Shown here: positions 59,338-64,000 of the stretch, one piece after another
Layout: the number at the start of each line of letters is the position of its first letter
How positions within the stretch are numbered: position 1 is the first letter of the stretch
From: an uncultured virus (IMG/VR IMGVR_UViG_3300042992_002627)
Taxonomy: Duplodnaviria; Heunggongvirae; Uroviricota; Caudoviricetes
DNA length: 64,000 nt
IMG/VR virus record: IMGVR_UViG_3300042992_002627
Direction: 5' to 3' (one strand)
Position numbers and translations under genes: made by a program
The notes under the pieces: generated by a model
What the model was told of the DNA's origin: nothing
Seen by the model: only the letters and a program-made list of their open reading frames with translations
Databases searched by the model: none

Positions 59338-59490
59338 GCATTACTGCCAACGTTCCGCAGCTTGTGGTCAGTTGCGGATTTAAGCACCGAGCCACAAAAA
59401 AATAAACAATAACTTTAAATTTAAAAACAATGAATAAAAATAATTCCAAAGACCCGCAATTGCCACAAACTGCTGTTAGCAAATCGGCTT
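59338..59490 (-). repeat. attC-like site 4
   Basis: GCCAAC...GCAGCTTGTGGTCAGTTGCGG (59357-77) / CCGCAATTGCCACAAACTGC (59454-73)...GTTAGC. Confidence 0.8.
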
Positions 59491-59870
59491 TAAAATTTGA
59501 ATACGGATTTAATTCTGTGAATGGAATTGTAAAAAAGAGGTACTATTTAAGCGAAATACCGTTTATGCACGATAAATGCGATGTTTGGCAAATCTTACCA
59601 GTTGTTTATGTTAGGCAATTTACTGGATTTACAGACAAAAAAGAAGTTGAAATTTATCAAGGCGATATTTGTAAATACCATAAAAATACAAGTAAATGGT
59701 TAGTATCATATCATTTTGAAGTAAGGTTTAGAAATGGTGCTTTTTATGCTTATTGGGAACGTGAAATGATGGGAAAATTAGAGCAACATTGGGATTTACT
59801 TTCTCAAAAAGATATGCGAAATATTAGAGTGGTTTCAGATATTTTTCAATCAGCGCAAACTACGTCATAA
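59430..59870 (+). CDS. Cassette 4 YopX-family protein
   Basis: QFTGFTDKKEVEIYQGDI...V.F..GAF motif. Confidence 0.7.
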   Translation: MNKNNSKDPQLPQTAVSKSALKFEYGFNSVNGIVKKRYYLSEIPFMHDKCDVWQILPVVYVRQFTGFTDKKEVEIYQGDICKYHKNTSKWLVSYHFEVRFRNGAFYAYWEREMMGKLEQHWDLLSQKDMRNIRVVSDIFQSAQTTS

Positions 59871-59935
59871 GCTGTTTGCTAACTACTATATGTAAAAACC
59901 ATTTATAAACCTTAACAAAATAAACACTACACGCC

Positions 59936-60739
59936 ATGAACATCGGAAAGTACCTCGAAATGTATTCCGACGATTTAAAGTTAAAAAACTATTCGTCAAA
60001 CACAATTGAAAATTACAAATCACAAGTGGGATTATTTTTAAAACACTTTGATAAAGTAGCAACCAAGCCATCTGAGATATCAGAAAAACAAATAAAAGAA
60101 TGGTTGCTGATGGCCAACTCAATTAACGGCAGAAAACACAGAATATCTGCCGTGAAATTGTTTTACAAACTAACAGGAAAACAGCCTTTGAAGTTCCGTC
60201 ACATTGAATATCCGCGGTCCGAAAAGAAGTTACCACAAATAATTGACAAAACCTATCTATTGGAATCAATCAATAAAATACAAAACAAAAAACACAAAGC
60301 CATCATTGCTTTGGCATACTCAACCGGAATGCGAGTTTCCGAAGTATGTAATTTGTTGATTGCCGATATCGACAGCAAACGAATGATTATTACCATCCGA
60401 CAATCAAAAGGGAAAAAAGACCGCATTGTGGCATTGTCATCAAAAATACTTGAAATACTTCGCGAGTACTTCAAAGAATACAAGCCAAAAACATTTTTAT
60501 TCAACGGTCAATTTGGTGATCAGTATTCACACACGAGCTGCAACCAAATAGTAAAACAATATTTAGGAAAAGAATTTCACTTTCATCAGCTCCGGCACTC
60601 AAATGCGACAGCACTTTTAGAAGCGGGAACCGATTTGCGAATCATACAAAAACACCTGGGCCACGCGTCTAGTAAAACAACAGAAATCTACACCCACGTC
60701 AGCACCAATTTATTACAATCAATGGCATTACCAATTTAA
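59936..60739 (+). CDS. Integron-integrase-like tyrosine recombinase (short; SAM-like N-domain, no Arm domain)
   Basis: YSxNTxxxY N-terminus; TGMRVSE, KGKKDR, HQLRHSNATALLEAGTDLR and LGH..SKTTEIYTHV, with all catalytic residues present. Confidence 0.85.
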   Translation: MNIGKYLEMYSDDLKLKNYSSNTIENYKSQVGLFLKHFDKVATKPSEISEKQIKEWLLMANSINGRKHRISAVKLFYKLTGKQPLKFRHIEYPRSEKKLPQIIDKTYLLESINKIQNKKHKAIIALAYSTGMRVSEVCNLLIADIDSKRMIITIRQSKGKKDRIVALSSKILEILREYFKEYKPKTFLFNGQFGDQYSHTSCNQIVKQYLGKEFHFHQLRHSNATALLEAGTDLRIIQKHLGHASSKTTEIYTHVSTNLLQSMALPI

Positions 60740-60749
60740 AAACTCAAAG

Positions 60750-60983
60750 ATGAAAATCTTCTTCACCTCCTTTTTTCAAATCGGCTTAGTAGCAATCAAT
60801 ACCTACATGATCACGCAATTAATATGGCTCGGAATCTTTATAGTTTCATTTTTAATATCGCTATTGTGGTGTTTCAATGTGTCAAAAATATCCGTATCAA
60901 CCAGGGCAGCCAAATTAATCTACGCAACCGGTGCAGGAACCGGAGCTGTAACCGGACTTTTAATCTTAAAACTATTTATTTAA
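60750..60983 (+). CDS. Small membrane protein
   Basis: Three hydrophobic segments. Confidence 0.5.
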   Translation: MKIFFTSFFQIGLVAINTYMITQLIWLGIFIVSFLISLLWCFNVSKISVSTRAAKLIYATGAGTGAVTGLLILKLFI

Positions 60984-61171
60984 CTAAAAATAAAGTCATG
61001 CCAGAAACTGAAAAAGACAACTTGATCAAAAATCTTTACAAGTGTATCGAAGAACAAAAAGCGACAATAGAAATGCTTTACAAAGAAATAGATTTATTAA
61101 AAAAACCGACTAAAAAATGAAACCATATTGTTGATGTCAACAAAAAGGTTTTTAACTAAAAAACAAAAACA

Positions 61172-61435
61172 ATGAACCCAAAACAATTTGCACAAACATC
61201 CCACCGCATTGCTGTATTATCGGCATTGTTGGTTGAATCGTTGGAAGATATCAATGCATCATCCGCTGCAGCTTTAGATTTAAAGCAAAAAGCCAAAGAA
61301 ATCATTCCGCATTGTGAAAGAATGCTCGAAGAAGTTTACACCGCCAAAAACATCACTTCCGGCACCTACTTTAACGAGCTTTCAAATAAAGTAGATACCG
61401 TAATCCGTAAAAATTTTGAAATAATAACGATGTAA
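61172..61435 (+). CDS. Hypothetical protein
   Basis: ORF with A-rich leader. Confidence 0.55.
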   Translation: MNPKQFAQTSHRIAVLSALLVESLEDINASSAAALDLKQKAKEIIPHCERMLEEVYTAKNITSGTYFNELSNKVDTVIRKNFEIITM

Positions 61436-61437
61436 CC

Positions 61438-61830
61438 ATGAAAAAACACACCTTCGAAACCTATCAAAAAAAAATAATTGATTCAAACATCAAAAACCTT
61501 GAACACGAGCCAATTGTAAAACTTTGTTATGTTTTTTATTGTTTCATCACTGAAATTTATGAAAATTATATTGAAGATTGCGGAATCCCGTATTCTCCCA
61601 GCAGTGTAAATCGCGAATATTGCGAAAAGGTACTTAGTGTTTACCGAACATTATTTAATCGAATTCCTTCTTTAAACCAGGATCAATTGAACTGCTTTAT
61701 TCTTAGTATAAACGGTAATGATTTTAGTTATTACCAAGCACTTATGAATGTTAGATATAAAATTGAAGATGCTGAAAGATTTAAACCCGAAAACTTCGAC
61801 TTGTTTCACGATCAATTTAAAGCTTACTAA
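61438..61830 (+). CDS. Hypothetical protein
   Basis: Coupled ORF. Confidence 0.5.
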   Translation: MKKHTFETYQKKIIDSNIKNLEHEPIVKLCYVFYCFITEIYENYIEDCGIPYSPSSVNREYCEKVLSVYRTLFNRIPSLNQDQLNCFILSINGNDFSYYQALMNVRYKIEDAERFKPENFDLFHDQFKAY

Positions 61831-61831
61831 A

Positions 61832-62071
61832 ATGAGCCTTTTAAAACTACTTAACGAAGCAAAAAAACTCTACAGCGAAACCCGTGGAGCTGCATTTGTC
61901 ATCACCGGTTCCAACTGTGGTGAATATTGGTTCTTAAAAATGCCTTCCATTGGTGAAACCTTTGAAAGTGTGCATTTAGAAACCGTATTGGAAGATTATA
62001 TTGACCTGGTACTTAACAACCGTGTCAAAGTGGCGAAAAGAAAAAACACAACAAAAGAATTCCGACTATAA
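61832..62071 (+). CDS. Hypothetical protein (homologue of 39691..39930)
   Basis: ATG at 61832; shared motif with the phage A gene. Confidence 0.6.
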   Translation: MSLLKLLNEAKKLYSETRGAAFVITGSNCGEYWFLKMPSIGETFESVHLETVLEDYIDLVLNNRVKVAKRKNTTKEFRL

Positions 62072-63787
62072 ATGCAACCAGCCCAATCCCAACTCGAATC
62101 AATCCCTTTTCAATATGCAGCCGCCGTTCGTTCCGGTGAAATTACTGTTGGAAAAAAAATAAAACTTGCTGTCGAGCGGTTTTATCAATGGATAGAAACC
62201 GCTGAAGCCGATGGTTATCACCTCGATCATGCAACTGGCATGTTTGCAGTTACGTTCTTTGAAAACTTCCTGAACCATACCGAAGGAAAAATGGCGGGAA
62301 AACCGTTTGTGTTGGCACCATTTCAGCAATTTACCATTTACAACGTGTTCGGGTGGAAAGATGCCACCGGCAAACGCCGAATCAAAACCATTTACGACAA
62401 ACGAGCCAAGAAAAACGGAAAAACGGCTGAAATGGCAGGTGTGGCATTATATTGCATGTCGTTTGATGAAGAAATCAAAGCTCAGGTGTTTATTGGGGCC
62501 ACAAAAGAAGAACAGGCACGCCTTTGTTGGAATGCGGCCAAAGATTTCATTGATTCCTTTGTGGCAAACACTCGTTTAAAGCAATTGGGCTTTCGGACCA
62601 TGCAAAACAAGGTGATTTTCGAACCTACCAACAGTTTTCTTCGTCCGTTGGGTGGCGATAGTAAAACCCAGGATGGAATTAACAGCCATTTATCGATAAT
62701 TGATGAATATCACGCTCATGCAACCGATGGCGTGAAAGAAAACCTTGAATCATCAGCAGTTCAACGCTTGCAACCTTTAACTTGGCACATCACAACAGCC
62801 GGAACTAACATTGCATCGGTGTGTAAAAATTATGAAGATTCGGTTATTGAAGTGTTGGAAGGCCGAAAAAAAGACGACCGCCTTTGGATTATGATCCATG
62901 ATTTAGATGAAGATGACGATTGGAACGATGAAAGTAAATGGATAAAAGCCAATCCATTATTAAACCAAGGACTTTCAATCGACAATATTCGCGATGAATA
63001 CCTTAAATGTGTCAATCAACCTTCTAAAATTCCGAATTTCAAAACCAAACATCTAAACATGTGGGTCGATGCTCCAAAAATTTGGATTCCAACCGAAATA
63101 TGGCAAAAAAATAAAATTTCCGAAATACCGTTATCTAAGTTCCAAAAACATGGAAGCTATGCAGCTCTCGATTTGTCAACCACTACAGATTTAACAGCAT
63201 TTGCTATACTTTCCGAACCCGATGAACACGAAAAGCGATATTTAAAAGTATTACTGTTTTGTCCTGAAAAAACAATCGAAAGACGAAGCAAAGAAGACCG
63301 TGTTCCTTACAAATATTGGGCAGATGCAGGTTTTATCATTGCAACACCCGGTGATGTTGTAGATCATGCCGTTGTAGAAGATAGAATTCGCATTGAATAC
63401 CACAAACATGCAGTAAAACGCATCGAAATAGATCGCTATTTGGCAACAAATATCACATCAAATTTACAAGAAGAAGGTTTTGAAGTGGCCTATTTTACAC
63501 AAACAATTACAAATTATTCGTTTCCAACCAAAGAATTTGAACGCCTTGTTTACTTAAATAAAATAATTCACGACGGTAATCCCGTTTTAGAATGGATGCT
63601 TTCCGGGTGTGTGGTGATTTCCGACACAAACGAAAACATCCGAATATCAAAATCACGTTCACACGCAGGAGGTAAGAGAATCGATGGAATAATAGCTTCA
63701 ATCATGGCATTAGGCGGTTCGTTATCACCAAAAGAAGAAAAATCAAAATACGAAAAACCAATGGATGAATCCGAAATCTATATATAA
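62072..63787 (+). CDS. terL: Terminase large subunit (Terminase_1 / HK97-like)
   Basis: KKNGKT Walker A, IIDEYH Walker B, ITTAG, LDLSTTTDLTA and KRIDG motifs. Confidence 0.95.
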   Translation: MQPAQSQLESIPFQYAAAVRSGEITVGKKIKLAVERFYQWIETAEADGYHLDHATGMFAVTFFENFLNHTEGKMAGKPFVLAPFQQFTIYNVFGWKDATGKRRIKTIYDKRAKKNGKTAEMAGVALYCMSFDEEIKAQVFIGATKEEQARLCWNAAKDFIDSFVANTRLKQLGFRTMQNKVIFEPTNSFLRPLGGDSKTQDGINSHLSIIDEYHAHATDGVKENLESSAVQRLQPLTWHITTAGTNIASVCKNYEDSVIEVLEGRKKDDRLWIMIHDLDEDDDWNDESKWIKANPLLNQGLSIDNIRDEYLKCVNQPSKIPNFKTKHLNMWVDAPKIWIPTEIWQKNKISEIPLSKFQKHGSYAALDLSTTTDLTAFAILSEPDEHEKRYLKVLLFCPEKTIERRSKEDRVPYKYWADAGFIIATPGDVVDHAVVEDRIRIEYHKHAVKRIEIDRYLATNITSNLQEEGFEVAYFTQTITNYSFPTKEFERLVYLNKIIHDGNPVLEWMLSGCVVISDTNENIRISKSRSHAGGKRIDGIIASIMALGGSLSPKEEKSKYEKPMDESEIYI

Positions 63788-64000
63788 CATAAAAACATTA
63801 TTAACTATGACAAAGCTGGAAATCGAACAAAAAAAAATCATCGAAAAACAACAACATAAAATAAATCTAATGCGAAAGCTGGCAACATCATCTGGTTTTT
63901 TTGAGTATTATTTTTCAATCTTAAAAAAGTTTAAAACACAGTGTAGTTGTTTTCATGAAGTGAATGACATGTATTTTAATTTTTTTGGTGAATACAAATA

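Larger units (their letters stand above)
57927..60739. mobile_element. Integron-like element: four-cassette array, attI-like site and tyrosine recombinase
   Basis: Repeated YAAC-hairpin-GTTR junctions, complementary cassette ends, adjacent recombinase. Confidence 0.75.
45182..64000. mobile_element. Temperate phage B (partial; lambdoid-like order lysis-attP-int-repressor-replication-HNH-terS-terL)
   Basis: Carries a second, unrelated endolysin, integrase, repressor, helicase and terminase. Confidence 0.8.

Noticed and set aside
57943..59473. Simple rho-independent terminators
   Set aside because: Loops are about 70 nt, there are no adjacent U-tracts at the stem base, and the flanking AAC/GTT motifs are conserved.
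57927..59883. CRISPR array or shufflon/invertible segments
   Set aside because: Junctions are not identical repeats, the intervening units are whole genes and there are no cas genes. All ORFs share one orientation and the end pairs are cassette-specific, which fits excision/integration better than inversion (not formally excluded).

Overview
The whole 64 kb is AT-rich temperate-phage DNA of a Bacteroidota (Flavobacterium-like) host, with no recognisable host genes. It contains two different phages joined through a shared tail-fibre repeat (1-~365 matches 45182-~45546). Phage A (~1-45181, apparently one complete ~45.2 kb circle) encodes lysis genes, an S49 protease, capsid, terminase, portal, tape measure and tail genes, an integrase with a tRNA-derived attP, a repressor switch, a primase-helicase and an MTase/DUF262-HNH defence pair. 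Phage B (~45182-64000, partial) encodes lysis genes, a tRNA-Arg(TCT)-derived attP, an integrase, a repressor, an initiator with iterons, DnaB, HNH, TerS and TerL. The most striking feature lies between terS and terL of phage B: an integron-like system (57927-60739). It has four single-gene cassettes whose ends are complementary (GTT...AAC), separated by attC-like hairpins. The array ends at an attI-like site in front of a short tyrosine recombinase that appears to lack the canonical IntI insertion. A lone hairpin of the same family flanks the MTase/DUF262-HNH pair in phage A. Several regulatory motifs are also visible: five fixed-spacing CATGTTACA late promoters, two operator families and a C4-like alternative-pairing leader. 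All product calls come from motif recognition by eye, not database searches.
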